A DNA stretch of 64,000 nucleotides, taken from assembly GCA_041690595.1 (NCBI GenBank), contig JAWLHB010000003.1, positions 124,001 through 188,000 of the forward strand, given 5' to 3'. This stretch comes from Lentisphaeria bacterium (lineage in GTDB: Bacteria; Verrucomicrobiota; Lentisphaeria; JABSQK01; JAWLHB01). How positions within the stretch are numbered: position 1 is the stretch's first letter; each line of letters opens with the position of its first letter. Shown in pieces: positions 28,797 through 39,289 of the stretch. The notes under the pieces are model-generated. The model had not been told where the DNA came from. It ran no database searches and saw nothing but the letters and a program-made list of their open reading frames with translations. The translations under genes and the position numbers were made by a program.

Positions 28797-30293
28797 CTAT
28801 CGTTCCGGCAGCCGCATGAGGCTGGGCAATCGGTAAAGCTGCTGAATCTGTTGATTCTCCACCTCCAGATCCGCCGCCTTCAGATAGACCTTCTGACGGT
28901 TCGTCTGGAAGACGATTTCGTGAAAGCCTCCCACCGGAAAACGGAAGGCATCGCGCACGTCGTGAAGCCCGTAGACGCGCCGGCCGTTGACGCTCATCAC
29001 CACCTCGTTATTGATCCCGTCATACCCGATATTGCTGGCCGCCGGCAGAATGTAGCTGACAATCACCAGGCGCTGGTTCGGCTTCAGAAACTTGTACTGG
29101 TGGTCTTTGTAGTAGATCAGGCGACGGGGCGCCCGTGTCCGCCAGTTCGCGCCCCAAGCCGCCAGAAACTCGCCGCTCAGCTCCGTGAAGACCAAGCCGC
29201 CCTCGATCAGATAGGAAGGTGCCTGATCCTTCAGGAAAGGAGGAATCGGTTCGAGATATGGATTGTGTACACCAAGGGTCACGTCGATGATCTCGGTATT
29301 TCCCTGACGAACCACCCGCAACTGCCGCACGTCACCGGCAAATGAGCGAGTCGAAATCAGGTGCGATATGGAGGTCCGACCGAAGTCGGGATCGATGTAC
29401 TCTCCATTGCGGTCCAGCGTATGGTTGTCGACGGCAATGAGCACATCTCCTTCCTTCACGCCAGCCTCCGCCGCCGCGCTCCACGGCTGCAGCTCGGAGA
29501 TGTAGACTCCGCTCTGAGCACTCATCTCAAGGTATCGCCGGAACTGCGGATCATCGAGAAAGGCAAAGGAAATACCGAGATTTGGAAAGCCCTGGTATTC
29601 GCCGTCGCGCCAATCCTGCACAAAATGCTCGATCACAGGCGTCGAGACCACGGTCATGATGCGCGTGTTCGAGTCGTACTGCATAAGCACCCCGATCAAC
29701 TTCCCATCGCTGATCATCGGGATCACGTAAGAACTGGTCAGGCGTGACAACGAGATCTCGACCCGATACACAAGCAAGCTTCGTTCCGCGTACGGATAGG
29801 GAGCCGTCTCGATGGCGCGAATGACACCGTCAGTCAGGAACGGCGTACCATTCTCCTCGAACTGCCAGGCGGTTACCCCGGCTCCGATTGCGGCCGGTGG
29901 CGCCAGTCCCAGGGGCCTCAACTCCTTCAAAAACTCCTCACTGGTGCATTCGAGCAGGGCGAGGTTGGCGGTATAATCCACTACGACCACCCGCGCGGGT
30001 GCCTGTTGCCCACTGTCCATGCGTTCCAACTCGACCAGCACCGCATCCTCCACCAGCGTCGCCGTCACCAGAAAATGGTTGTCGTCGATCAACGCACCCA
30101 GCCCCACCCTGGAGCTTCGTCCACTACGCTGCCATGGCCGGTATACGTCGTACCCCTGACTGGTCACGGTGACGCGCACGACCGAGCGTTCGGGACGAGC
30201 CACCTCTTCCTCCTGTGCCGGCAGCATTGCAACCATGATCATGAACGTAAGAGTCGAGATCAGAGACTTCAGACGCAGGGCGGGGACACTCAT
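28797..30293 (-). CDS. Deg/HtrA (Deg2-type) protease paralogue with PDZ domains, catalytic triad absent
   Basis: Collinear with its neighbour (SVVRV, PVIEHF, ERSF-like GDV, YLIEGGLVF) but VTATL, ANLAL and SSYVIP replace TNAHV, SDLAM and GNSGGP. Confidence 0.8.
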   Translation of the reverse strand: MSVPALRLKSLISTLTFMIMVAMLPAQEEEVARPERSVVRVTVTSQGYDVYRPWQRSGRSSRVGLGALIDDNHFLVTATLVEDAVLVELERMDSGQQAPARVVVVDYTANLALLECTSEEFLKELRPLGLAPPAAIGAGVTAWQFEENGTPFLTDGVIRAIETAPYPYAERSLLVYRVEISLSRLTSSYVIPMISDGKLIGVLMQYDSNTRIMTVVSTPVIEHFVQDWRDGEYQGFPNLGISFAFLDDPQFRRYLEMSAQSGVYISELQPWSAAAEAGVKEGDVLIAVDNHTLDRNGEYIDPDFGRTSISHLISTRSFAGDVRQLRVVRQGNTEIIDVTLGVHNPYLEPIPPFLKDQAPSYLIEGGLVFTELSGEFLAAWGANWRTRAPRRLIYYKDHQYKFLKPNQRLVIVSYILPAASNIGYDGINNEVVMSVNGRRVYGLHDVRDAFRFPVGGFHEIVFQTNRQKVYLKAADLEVENQQIQQLYRLPSLMRLPER

Positions 30294-31816
30294 TGGGCAG
30301 TCTCCTCCAGCGTCGGTGGGCCGAGATAGAGATCCTGAAGCACGCCATAGTTCCTCTTGATCCGCTCATGCGCATCCGCCAGCGCTTCCGCGTAAAGGAC
30401 GATGGGGCGAGATTGGTTCAGCAGCTGGATCACATAGCGTTCTTCCGGCTTGCTCAGCGCCTCTGCCAAATCTGACAATCTGCTGATGGTGACACCATTG
30501 ACCTTATCGACAATCGACTGGCTCATGTGGCGGACATGGGCATTGATGCCATCCGGGAGGATGCTGGTCAGGATAACGGGCTCGGGCCGCTCCCTGTACA
30601 GCTCGTCCAGTACGAAATACGTATACCAGTAGAGGATGTCCATGTCCTTGGTTTCGAAAGCGTCAACGACGTTTCTCTCGAGCGGCTGGAAGACCAGACC
30701 ACCAAACATGATGTAATGCGGCTGGCGGTCGTAAGATCGCGCGAAGATGCGGTACGGCCATGCAGATTTCAGCGTCACCTCCACCTCCTGCTCCCTGCCG
30801 TCGCGCAGAATCTTGAAACGCACCACATCCCCATGGAACTTGCGCTCGACGATCTCTTCCATCTGGGTATTCTCGCCACCAAGCCGAATATGGCCATCAC
30901 TGTAGATGGGATGCTCGTCAATCGCCAGCAGAATGTCACCTTCCCGCAGTTTCCCCGCGGCCGAACCGATCTTCAGCACGTCGTTCACCACCACGCCCAG
31001 ATCATTGTCGGGCAAGCCCAGTACCTCACGATGATCGTCGTTGGTCAGGGGCTGATAGTATACGGCCAGTTCAGCGTACCCATCGTAGGTGTCGTCTTCA
31101 ACATCCTTGAGGAAACGCTCGACTACGGGCGTCGGAATCATATAGCCGATATTCTGCGCCACGGTTCCGCTGAAGCCCTGAAACACGACCCCCACAACCT
31201 TGTTGCCCTGTAACACGGGGCCGCCACTGTTGCCGGGATTGATGGCCGCATCGATCTGAACGGTCAGGTGCGAGTCGAGAGCCGAATGGCTGTAGGTGCG
31301 AAATTCTATGCGCGATACCACCCCGCGGGTGACACTCATGCGCGCCCCACCGATCGGGTATCCGTACACGCCGACCGTGGAATCCAGCTTGGGAAGCGGC
31401 CCGAACTCAAGCGCCGCCATACCGTCGAAAAAGCCTTCGTCTTCGGGCGCCAGCATGGCCAGATCGCTGTCATGGGCTACATGCAGCACCTTCGCCGGAT
31501 ACTTGCGCGGATCGCCGTCACGCTCCAGCAGGATTATCCGGGCATCGCTCACCACATGGGCATTCGTCATGATGCGCTTTCCGGCAATAACGAAACCACT
31601 GCCGACTCCACCGCTGACGGCTCCCCCCTTCCAAGGCTCTGCATAGCTCGGACTCTGGGTCGTCACATGGATACGCACGAGGCTGCGCCCGATCTGCTCG
31701 ATGTCGGGCGGCCGCTCCTCAGGCAACGACACACATCCAGCGAGGGCAGCCAGGAGTCCGCCAAGCAGCGTCAGCCAAACGGTCCCTCTCCAGATGTGCA
31801 TCGTTGTATTCCTCAT
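30290..31816 (-). CDS. Deg/HtrA (Deg2/Deg9-type) serine protease lipoprotein with two PDZ domains
   Basis: Lipobox LAALAGC; TNAHV, DSDLAML, INPGNSGGP; YIMFGGLVFQPL second PDZ. Confidence 0.93.
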   Translation of the reverse strand: MRNTTMHIWRGTVWLTLLGGLLAALAGCVSLPEERPPDIEQIGRSLVRIHVTTQSPSYAEPWKGGAVSGGVGSGFVIAGKRIMTNAHVVSDARIILLERDGDPRKYPAKVLHVAHDSDLAMLAPEDEGFFDGMAALEFGPLPKLDSTVGVYGYPIGGARMSVTRGVVSRIEFRTYSHSALDSHLTVQIDAAINPGNSGGPVLQGNKVVGVVFQGFSGTVAQNIGYMIPTPVVERFLKDVEDDTYDGYAELAVYYQPLTNDDHREVLGLPDNDLGVVVNDVLKIGSAAGKLREGDILLAIDEHPIYSDGHIRLGGENTQMEEIVERKFHGDVVRFKILRDGREQEVEVTLKSAWPYRIFARSYDRQPHYIMFGGLVFQPLERNVVDAFETKDMDILYWYTYFVLDELYRERPEPVILTSILPDGINAHVRHMSQSIVDKVNGVTISRLSDLAEALSKPEERYVIQLLNQSRPIVLYAEALADAHERIKRNYGVLQDLYLGPPTLEETAQ

Positions 31817-31838
31817 GGACGTACTATAAACCCTTTCC

Positions 31839-33092
31839 TCAACTGCCGAAATCGTCGAATCGAATCATTTCCGGCTCGACACCAAGATCGTCCAGCATTT
31901 TCAGCACGGCACTGAGCATCATGGGCGGACCGCAGAGGTAATACTCGATGTCCTCGGGGGCTTCGTGATCCTTCAGATAGTGATCCCGCACGACACTGTG
32001 AATGAAACCCACAGGGCCTGTCCAGTTGTCTTCAGGCAGTGGTTCCGAGAGCGCGATGTGGAAGGTGAAGTTGGGGAACTCCTTCTCGATGGCGCGGAAA
32101 TGGTCTTCATAGAAGAGCTCGCGCATGGAGCGGGCGCCATACCAGTACGACACCCTGCGCCCGGTCTTGAGCGTATGGAAGAGGTGGAAGATATGCGAGC
32201 GCAACGGGGCCATACCCGCGCCACCACCGATGTAGACCATCTCCCGTTCCGTCTCCTGGATGAAGAACTCACCGTAGGGACCCGAAATGGTGACCTTGTC
32301 TCCAGGCTTACGCGTGAAGATGTAGCTCGACATGATGCCCGGCGGCACATCCTTCCAGCCGCCCTTTTCGCGATCTGGAGGCGGTGTCGCTACGCGCACG
32401 TTGAGCATGATAATGTTGCCCTCCGCCGGATGGTTCGCCATGGAGTAGGCGCGTACCACGGTCTCGTCGTTGCGCGCTTTGAGGGACCAGACATCGTACT
32501 TGTCCCAGTCTTCGCGGAACTTGTCCTGTACTTCGATATCCTTGTAGGCCACGTCGTACGGAGGCGCCTCGATCTGGATATAGCCGCCGGACTCGAAGTG
32601 CAGGCGCTCCCCCTCGGGCAGGCGCACCACGAACTCCTTGATGAAGGTCGCCACGTTGTTGTTCGACACAACCTCACATTCCCACTTGTTGATGGCGAAG
32701 ACTTCTGCCGGAACTTCGATCCGCATGTTCTCCTTCACCTTCACCTGACAGGAAAGGCGCCAGTGATTGCGCGCATCCGCTCGGCTGATGTGCCCCTCTT
32801 CCGTCGGCAGCAACTCGCCGCCGCCTTCAAGAACCCGGCATCGGCAGACGCCGCAGGATCCGCCGCCACCGCACGCGGAGGGAAGCAGGATGTCGTTGCT
32901 GGAGAGCGTATTGAGCAGCGTCGAGCCGGCCTGCGTCTCGATGCTCTTGCTCTCATCGTCATTGATGGTGATACGAACATTGCCCTTGTTGACCAGCTTC
33001 GCTTCGGCTGCAAGAATAGCGGCCGTCAGTGTCAGGATGATGATCAGGAAGACCAGAATCCCGGCTGTGATGATGATGATAGTTGGATCCAT
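31839..33092 (-). CDS. nqrF: Na+-NQR subunit F
   Basis: [12 protein letters not shown]...RLSCQ 2Fe-2[36 protein letters not shown]. Confidence 0.97.
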   Translation of the reverse strand: MDPTIIIITAGILVFLIIILTLTAAILAAEAKLVNKGNVRITINDDESKSIETQAGSTLLNTLSSNDILLPSACGGGGSCGVCRCRVLEGGGELLPTEEGHISRADARNHWRLSCQVKVKENMRIEVPAEVFAINKWECEVVSNNNVATFIKEFVVRLPEGERLHFESGGYIQIEAPPYDVAYKDIEVQDKFREDWDKYDVWSLKARNDETVVRAYSMANHPAEGNIIMLNVRVATPPPDREKGGWKDVPPGIMSSYIFTRKPGDKVTISGPYGEFFIQETEREMVYIGGGAGMAPLRSHIFHLFHTLKTGRRVSYWYGARSMRELFYEDHFRAIEKEFPNFTFHIALSEPLPEDNWTGPVGFIHSVVRDHYLKDHEAPEDIEYYLCGPPMMLSAVLKMLDDLGVEPEMIRFDDFGS

Positions 33093-33142
33093 CCGATAAA
33101 ACTCTGGGAGTTGAAGGTTCTACTCTGAAAGTTGAGACTTGC

Positions 33143-33757
<615 letters not shown>

Positions 33758-33768
33758 AATCGGTTCCT

Positions 33769-34410
33769 CTAGTCCTCTACATAACCGGAAAGGGTTCGCT
33801 GTATCCAGATGATCAGGCCAAGCAGGATGAAGGCGCCGGGCGCCAGCACCATCAGGCCATTGTCCATATACCCGAGCCTGTAAGCAGACTCCGGCAGCAA
33901 TTGAAAGCCCAGCAACGATCCCGAACCGAAGAGCTCGCGGAAGAAGCCGACTATCGCGATCACCACGGCATACCCCAGGGCATTGCCGACGCCGTCAAGC
34001 AGGGATGGCCACACCTTGTTGCCCATGGCGAAGGCTTCCAGCCGTCCCATCACGATACAATTCGTGATGATCAGCCCGACGAAGATCGAAAGCTGCTTCG
34101 AAACATCGTACGCATACGCTTTGAGCACCTGATCGACGAGGATCACCAACGACGCCACCACCACCATTTCAGCAATGATGCGTACGCGGTTGGGGATCAG
34201 CTTGCGGATCAGGGAAATGGTCACATTGGAACCACCCATCACCACCATCACGGCGATCCCCATGACCAGGGAAGGCTTGAGCAGTGCCGTTACCGCCAGG
34301 GCGGAACATATGCCCAGCACCTGAACGGTGATCGGATTATTGTCACTGAACGGATCCGTGAAGATCTTGCGGTTCTTCTTCGAGAAGAGTCCTTCGTTAT
34401 CGCCGGCCAT
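33769..34410 (-). CDS. nqrD: Na+-NQR subunit D
   Basis: [36 protein letters not shown]. Confidence 0.97.
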   Translation of the reverse strand: MAGDNEGLFSKKNRKIFTDPFSDNNPITVQVLGICSALAVTALLKPSLVMGIAVMVVMGGSNVTISLIRKLIPNRVRIIAEMVVVASLVILVDQVLKAYAYDVSKQLSIFVGLIITNCIVMGRLEAFAMGNKVWPSLLDGVGNALGYAVVIAIVGFFRELFGSGSLLGFQLLPESAYRLGYMDNGLMVLAPGAFILLGLIIWIQRTLSGYVED

Positions 34411-34411
34411 C

Positions 34412-35179
34412 TTATTCGCCTCCTGCAGCGCGCAGTCTGCTGAAGTAAGGTTTGTACATTTCCAGATCCTGGACGAGCATGTTGGTGACACCGTTGCTGG
34501 TCAGGGTGGCGCCGCTGATACCATCGACATAGTGCTGCAGGGCATCGCCGCTGTAACGATCGGCGGCCTTGCCCTTCACGACCCTCACCGCAACCAGCTC
34601 TCCACCGTCATTGTAGATCTTCTTGCCGACGAAGTTCTCCTGGAACCACTCCGCGTCGATCTCACCTCCCAGCCCCGGCGTCTCGCCGTGCTTGTAGAAG
34701 GTGATGCCGCGAACCGTATTCAGGTCACTTTCGAGCGAGAAGTAGCCGTAGAGAGTCGACCACAGGCCTTTGCCGATTACTGGTATGGCGTAGGCAATCG
34801 GCTCGCCACCATCTCCCTTCAGGATATAGACCGGCTGATGCCGCACGGCATCGGGATTGGCCTCCAGATCCTTCGCACGCTCGTCCTCGAGCTTCAGCTT
34901 GGCAACGTCGACGCCTTCGATCTCTTCGCCATGCTGGTTGACTGCAATAGCCGTCACCCGTGAGGCGAAGACATCCTCCACCTCCTGATCCGTCGATTCT
35001 TCCGTCAGGCCCAACGACTCGAGGCCAAAGGACTTCAAGACGTTGCGTTTCTGATCGAGCACCACGTTTCGTTCCTGCTTTTCCCTCAGCATGGATGCAG
35101 CCATGGAAAGCAAGGCAGCGAATATCACTGCCAGAACAGCGACAAAGACGACAGTATACGCATTATTATGCTTTGGCAC
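34412..35179 (-). CDS. nqrC: Na+-NQR subunit C
   Basis: [27 protein letters not shown] flavinylation motif. Confidence 0.96.
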   Translation of the reverse strand: MPKHNNAYTVVFVAVLAVIFAALLSMAASMLREKQERNVVLDQKRNVLKSFGLESLGLTEESTDQEVEDVFASRVTAIAVNQHGEEIEGVDVAKLKLEDERAKDLEANPDAVRHQPVYILKGDGGEPIAYAIPVIGKGLWSTLYGYFSLESDLNTVRGITFYKHGETPGLGGEIDAEWFQENFVGKKIYNDGGELVAVRVVKGKAADRYSGDALQHYVDGISGATLTSNGVTNMLVQDLEMYKPYFSRLRAAGGE

Positions 35180-36380
35180 GTTTGAGCCTCCTTGCCATGT
35201 GCTGCTGGATGACGAAGTAGTCGATCAGCGGAGCAAAGGCATTCATGAAAAGAATTGCCAGCATCACCCCTTCCGGATACGCGGGATTGATGGTGCGGAT
35301 CAGCACCGTCAACACCCCGATCAGGAACCCATAGATGTACTTGCCGATATTCGTGGCGGACCCCGATACAGGATCCGTGGCCATGAAGACCACGCCGAAG
35401 GCAAAACCACCCAGAACCAAGTGATAGAGCGGCGGCAACGCAACAAAAGCGGCATCCGATGGTGCGGCCAGATTGCAGATGAAAGCCATGACCACTGCGC
35501 CAACCACGCAGGAGATCATGATTCGCCAGCTGGCCACCCCGGCGGCAATCAGAATGATCGCGCCGAGCAGAATGGCTAGTGTCGACGTTTCGCCGATCGA
35601 TCCGGGGATCAGACCGAGGAAGCTGTTCCACAGGCTGTAATCCGCCACCTGCATCGTCTCCGCGCCAAAACTTCTGACCGCTTCAACGACAGGGCCGGTG
35701 GTGTTGTTTGCGGCCACGAGCAATGGAGTGGCACCGTTATAGCCGTCCGCCAACCCGCTTGCCGGCAACGCCGACCAGACGCGATCGCCGCTGATCTGAG
35801 CCGGATAGGCAAAGAAGAGAAAGGCGCGTGCGACCAGCGCGGGATTGAAAACGTTCATCCCGGTTCCACCAAAGACCTCCTTGCCGATCACTACCCCGAA
35901 CGATACCCCCACGGCCACCTGCCAGAGCGGAATGGTGGGAGGAACGATCAACGGCAGCAACATGCCCGTCACCAGGAATCCTTCATTGATCTCGTGCTTG
36001 CGGATGACTGAGAAGATCACCTCCCAGATGCCGCCGACACCATAGCTGACGATGATGATCGGCACCACGTAACGAAGGCCGATCCAGACTCGCGGCATGA
36101 AGCCGTTGTCCGCCAGAACCCCGGCGCCCTGCGCCGCATAGAACTGGTAGCCGACGTTGTAGATGCCAAAAAGCAGCGCCGGCAGCAACCCCAGGATGAC
36201 AATCGACATGAGCCGTTTGGTATCCATCGGGTCGCGGATATGCGAGCCTTCATGAGTCCGATGATGCGAGACAAAAAGGAAGGTCTCCTGCGCCTCGAAG
36301 AGCGGGTAAAGCTTTTCCAGCTTTCCCCCCTTCTCGAACATCGGGCGCATCTTATCAAACTGTTTACGAATCAGATTCAA
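35166..36380 (-). CDS. nqrB: Na+-NQR subunit B
   Basis: HIRD..DTKR, HEINEGFLVT, GKEVFGGTG, FFAYPAQISGD, GSIGETS, MATDPVS; likely TTG start at 36380 after AAGGAGG. Confidence 0.96.
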   Translation of the reverse strand: MNLIRKQFDKMRPMFEKGGKLEKLYPLFEAQETFLFVSHHRTHEGSHIRDPMDTKRLMSIVILGLLPALLFGIYNVGYQFYAAQGAGVLADNGFMPRVWIGLRYVVPIIIVSYGVGGIWEVIFSVIRKHEINEGFLVTGMLLPLIVPPTIPLWQVAVGVSFGVVIGKEVFGGTGMNVFNPALVARAFLFFAYPAQISGDRVWSALPASGLADGYNGATPLLVAANNTTGPVVEAVRSFGAETMQVADYSLWNSFLGLIPGSIGETSTLAILLGAIILIAAGVASWRIMISCVVGAVVMAFICNLAAPSDAAFVALPPLYHLVLGGFAFGVVFMATDPVSGSATNIGKYIYGFLIGVLTVLIRTINPAYPEGVMLAILFMNAFAPLIDYFVIQQHMARRLKRAKA

Positions 36381-36382
36381 GG

Positions 36383-37744
36383 TCAGCCCTCCTTCTCGAT
36401 CATGGCGATCCCCTGACGCAGGATGCTCTGCATCTCCGTCTTCGAGGGGCAAATGTATTCGCACAGGGCTATGTCTTCTTCCAGCAACTCGTAGATCCCC
36501 AGCCCCTCCATCTCGTCAAAGTCTTCAGCCAGTATGCTTTTCACCAGGAACTGCGGATACACATCCATGGGCAGGACTTCTTCATAATACCCGGTGGCGA
36601 CCATGGCCCGATGACCGCCGCCCAGTCGGGTATCCGCCCGAAAGCGCTTGCCCGGGATCAAATGACCGACATAGGCACGGTGGAAGCTTTCCTTGTTCAT
36701 GCCAGGCAGCATCCAGCCGATGAATTCCGGCTCGGTAGCCTCGGGAATCACCGTGACCATCAGGTCATGGTAGCCCACGAACCCGTCGGCGGGTTGCTTG
36801 CGACCGGAGAGCACGTCGCCGGTGATGTACCGCACTGGAGCATCGATGACCTTACCTTCCAAGAGGCTCGCCAATGGCGCTCCAAGCTGCGTCTTATAGT
36901 ACTTGCGCGACGTGGCGCCGCTACCCGCAACCGCTACGATGCGGTTCGGATTGACCCGTCCCTCCAGGAAGAGATAACCAAGGAGGATCATGTCCTGCAC
37001 ATTAGCGGTCCACACTTTGTCGTTGCGCCCGCGGATCGCATCGATGTGGTGGATCTGCACTCCCACGTTGCCGGCGGGATGAGGGCCGATAAAGGAATGG
37101 TTCCGCACCTTCTCGTGATCGACGAAGAAGGCGGAAAGATCGCGCCCCTTGCCGTGCAGGCCCAAGTGCACCTTGCCACTGGTCAGGCAGGTCGCCGCCA
37201 GGATTCCAGCCTTAAAGGCATTGGCATGCTCGCCCACCATGACCCGCGTATTCGGCGCCAGCGGTGCTGACGAAAAGCCGCTCACGAAGATATCCCGCGG
37301 CGTCACCTCGGGATTCGGCAAGGTACCGAATGGCCGCTGCGTAAAGAGCGCCAGGATTCCGGCGTCGCAGATCTGCTTCAATACCGTCTGACGATCCAGA
37401 CCCGCCAGTTGCGATAGCTCATAGCTGGGGAACGAAAGTGCCTCGTTCTTGCCGTCCGGCTCGATCACGATGCTTTCCAACACCCGGCGTTTGCCGCGAT
37501 TGATCGCGCTCACCCGCCCCGACGCCGGCGCTGAAATCGTTAATGCTTCATTGTTCTTGTGATGGACAAGCGGAGTGCCGATGCGTACCGCATCACCCTC
37601 CCTGACCAGTAACCGCGGCTTCAATCCGCGAAACTCATTCGGCTTGATCGCCACTCGCTCCGGAGTTGCCGCCTGGACGATTTCCTCGTCCGGCTGCCCC
37701 TCGAGACGAATGTCGTAGCCTCTTCTCAGTCTGTACTCTGCCAT
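36383..37744 (-). CDS. nqrA: Na+-NQR subunit A
   Basis: GYDIRLEG, GLKPRLLV, GPHPAGNVGVQIHH, ELLEEDIALCEYICPSK. Confidence 0.96.
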   Translation of the reverse strand: MAEYRLRRGYDIRLEGQPDEEIVQAATPERVAIKPNEFRGLKPRLLVREGDAVRIGTPLVHHKNNEALTISAPASGRVSAINRGKRRVLESIVIEPDGKNEALSFPSYELSQLAGLDRQTVLKQICDAGILALFTQRPFGTLPNPEVTPRDIFVSGFSSAPLAPNTRVMVGEHANAFKAGILAATCLTSGKVHLGLHGKGRDLSAFFVDHEKVRNHSFIGPHPAGNVGVQIHHIDAIRGRNDKVWTANVQDMILLGYLFLEGRVNPNRIVAVAGSGATSRKYYKTQLGAPLASLLEGKVIDAPVRYITGDVLSGRKQPADGFVGYHDLMVTVIPEATEPEFIGWMLPGMNKESFHRAYVGHLIPGKRFRADTRLGGGHRAMVATGYYEEVLPMDVYPQFLVKSILAEDFDEMEGLGIYELLEEDIALCEYICPSKTEMQSILRQGIAMIEKEG

Positions 37745-37764
37745 TGTGCTACTGCAACTAAAGG

Positions 37765-37992
37765 TTAATGCTCGTCCGCGTCGTGATGATGGTGCTCGTG
37801 ATCGGGATTATCCCGATTCGGGCACTCATCTTCAGGACGACGACCACATGCACACGTGCCACCCGTTTGGCCAAAAGGACTGTTGGTACTGCAGGTTCCG
37901 CGAAATTGCCCGTCCGGCTTCATCAGGATTCGGATCGACAAGAGGGCTATTCCCGCTGCAAGCACCAGCAACGTTACGATAAAGGCGATCAT
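37765..37992 (-). CDS. nqrM: NqrM-like (DUF539) small membrane maturation protein with His-rich tail
   Basis: 75 aa; N-terminal TM helix, GTCS...CACG...EC (4 Cys), tail DHEHHHHDADEH; adjacent to nqrA. Confidence 0.7.
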   Translation of the reverse strand: MIAFIVTLLVLAAGIALLSIRILMKPDGQFRGTCSTNSPFGQTGGTCACGRRPEDECPNRDNPDHEHHHHDADEH

Positions 37993-38699
37993 GGCTGCGT
38001 CTCCGGCTTGTTCTGAGTTTGCTCCAGCAACTCTGGTGTCAACTGATCGGCAGCTACATTCTGACTGAGTTGGAGGGCGCGCACGTAGGCGACAATGGCC
38101 CAACGGTCTATCACCTCAATCTGATGACGGTAACTGGGCATGTTGCGCACGCCATTGGTGATGGCGTCATAAATCTGGCCGTCCGGCATATCGAGAATGC
38201 GTTGTTCATGGAGGTTGGTTGGCATGATGGGAAGGCCTCGTCCTTTCTCGCGGCGTACGATCATGCCGCGCCCATCGCCAACATCACTGTGGCAGACAGC
38301 GCAATAGATTGCATAACGTTCCTGACCGCGCTTGAGCAATTCCATGCTGTAGGGAACCGGGGACTTGGCAACGAACTCCTCCGTGTTACCTTCGGCGGGA
38401 CGGCCCGTGAAGAACTGATGGCGAGCGACTCCGTCAAGTGCTGGCGTGGCATAGCCGGTCTCGACGGCATTCGCCGAGTGCTCACGCAACTTTCCACGGG
38501 CGACGGTTCCATCAACCAGGGGACGCATGCTCATCTCGTCCGCGAAGAAACTGTTACTCGATTGGGGCAGGACCTTGCCCTGATCATCCATATTGGGATT
38601 CGGATGAATGGGCGGTTTGGGCGACGGTCGGCCACGATAGCAGCCGGTAACGGCGAGAAGCACCGTCAACAGCAGAAGGGTATGTCGTACGAAGGTCAT
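37989..38699 (-). CDS. actE: Alternative complex III subunit E (monoheme c lipoprotein)
   Basis: Lipobox LAVTGC, PNMDDQ, GTVARG, CAVCH, MPSY, DRWAIVAYVRALQ. Confidence 0.92.
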   Translation of the reverse strand: MTFVRHTLLLLTVLLAVTGCYRGRPSPKPPIHPNPNMDDQGKVLPQSSNSFFADEMSMRPLVDGTVARGKLREHSANAVETGYATPALDGVARHQFFTGRPAEGNTEEFVAKSPVPYSMELLKRGQERYAIYCAVCHSDVGDGRGMIVRREKGRGLPIMPTNLHEQRILDMPDGQIYDAITNGVRNMPSYRHQIEVIDRWAIVAYVRALQLSQNVAADQLTPELLEQTQNKPETQP

Positions 38700-38703
38700 C
38701 AAT

Positions 38704-39288
38704 CTATTCCTTTTCATCGTCGGGATGAAGCAGTTCAATATTCTTGCCGCCAATAGAGTTCAGATACTCCGGCGTATTGGTGACGCTGAATAGCGGATCG
38801 CTGGATTCAATACTGATAAAGAAGCCATCATCGGTAATCTTGCCGAAGCGATCCGAGTAGAAGACAGGATGATGAAAGCGAGGCAACTGATTGAAGGCAA
38901 ACATCCCGAAGACGGCGCCAAAGGCCGCCCCGAGGATGGTCAGCTCAAAGGCCACTGGAATAAAGGCTGGTAGACTGAAGAAGGGTTTGCCGGAAATGAT
39001 CACGGGGTAGTCGACCGCACTGACAAACCACTCCAGCAACAGGCCGCCACCACCGCCGAGACAGGCAGCGAGAAAAACGACCCAGCCGAGTCGAGACGGC
39101 GGCAACGCCATCGCATCATCCATGCCGTGAATGGGAAACGGTGAATGACTGTCGTACCGGGTGAAGCCCCGTTCGTGCAGTTTCCGGGCGGCGGCGAGCA
39201 GGGGGCCTGGTCCATCGAACTCGGCAAGGACCCCTTTGGCGCCGGCATGCGGCTTCTTCAAGCCTATTGATTCAAGCAGGTAATCCAT
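38704..39288 (-). CDS. actD: Alternative complex III subunit D (DUF3341)
   Basis: HSPFPIHGMDDAM, DYPVIISGKP, AFIPVAFELTIL. Confidence 0.93.
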   Translation of the reverse strand: MDYLLESIGLKKPHAGAKGVLAEFDGPGPLLAAARKLHERGFTRYDSHSPFPIHGMDDAMALPPSRLGWVVFLAACLGGGGGLLLEWFVSAVDYPVIISGKPFFSLPAFIPVAFELTILGAAFGAVFGMFAFNQLPRFHHPVFYSDRFGKITDDGFFISIESSDPLFSVTNTPEYLNSIGGKNIELLHPDDEKE

Positions 39289-39289
39289 A

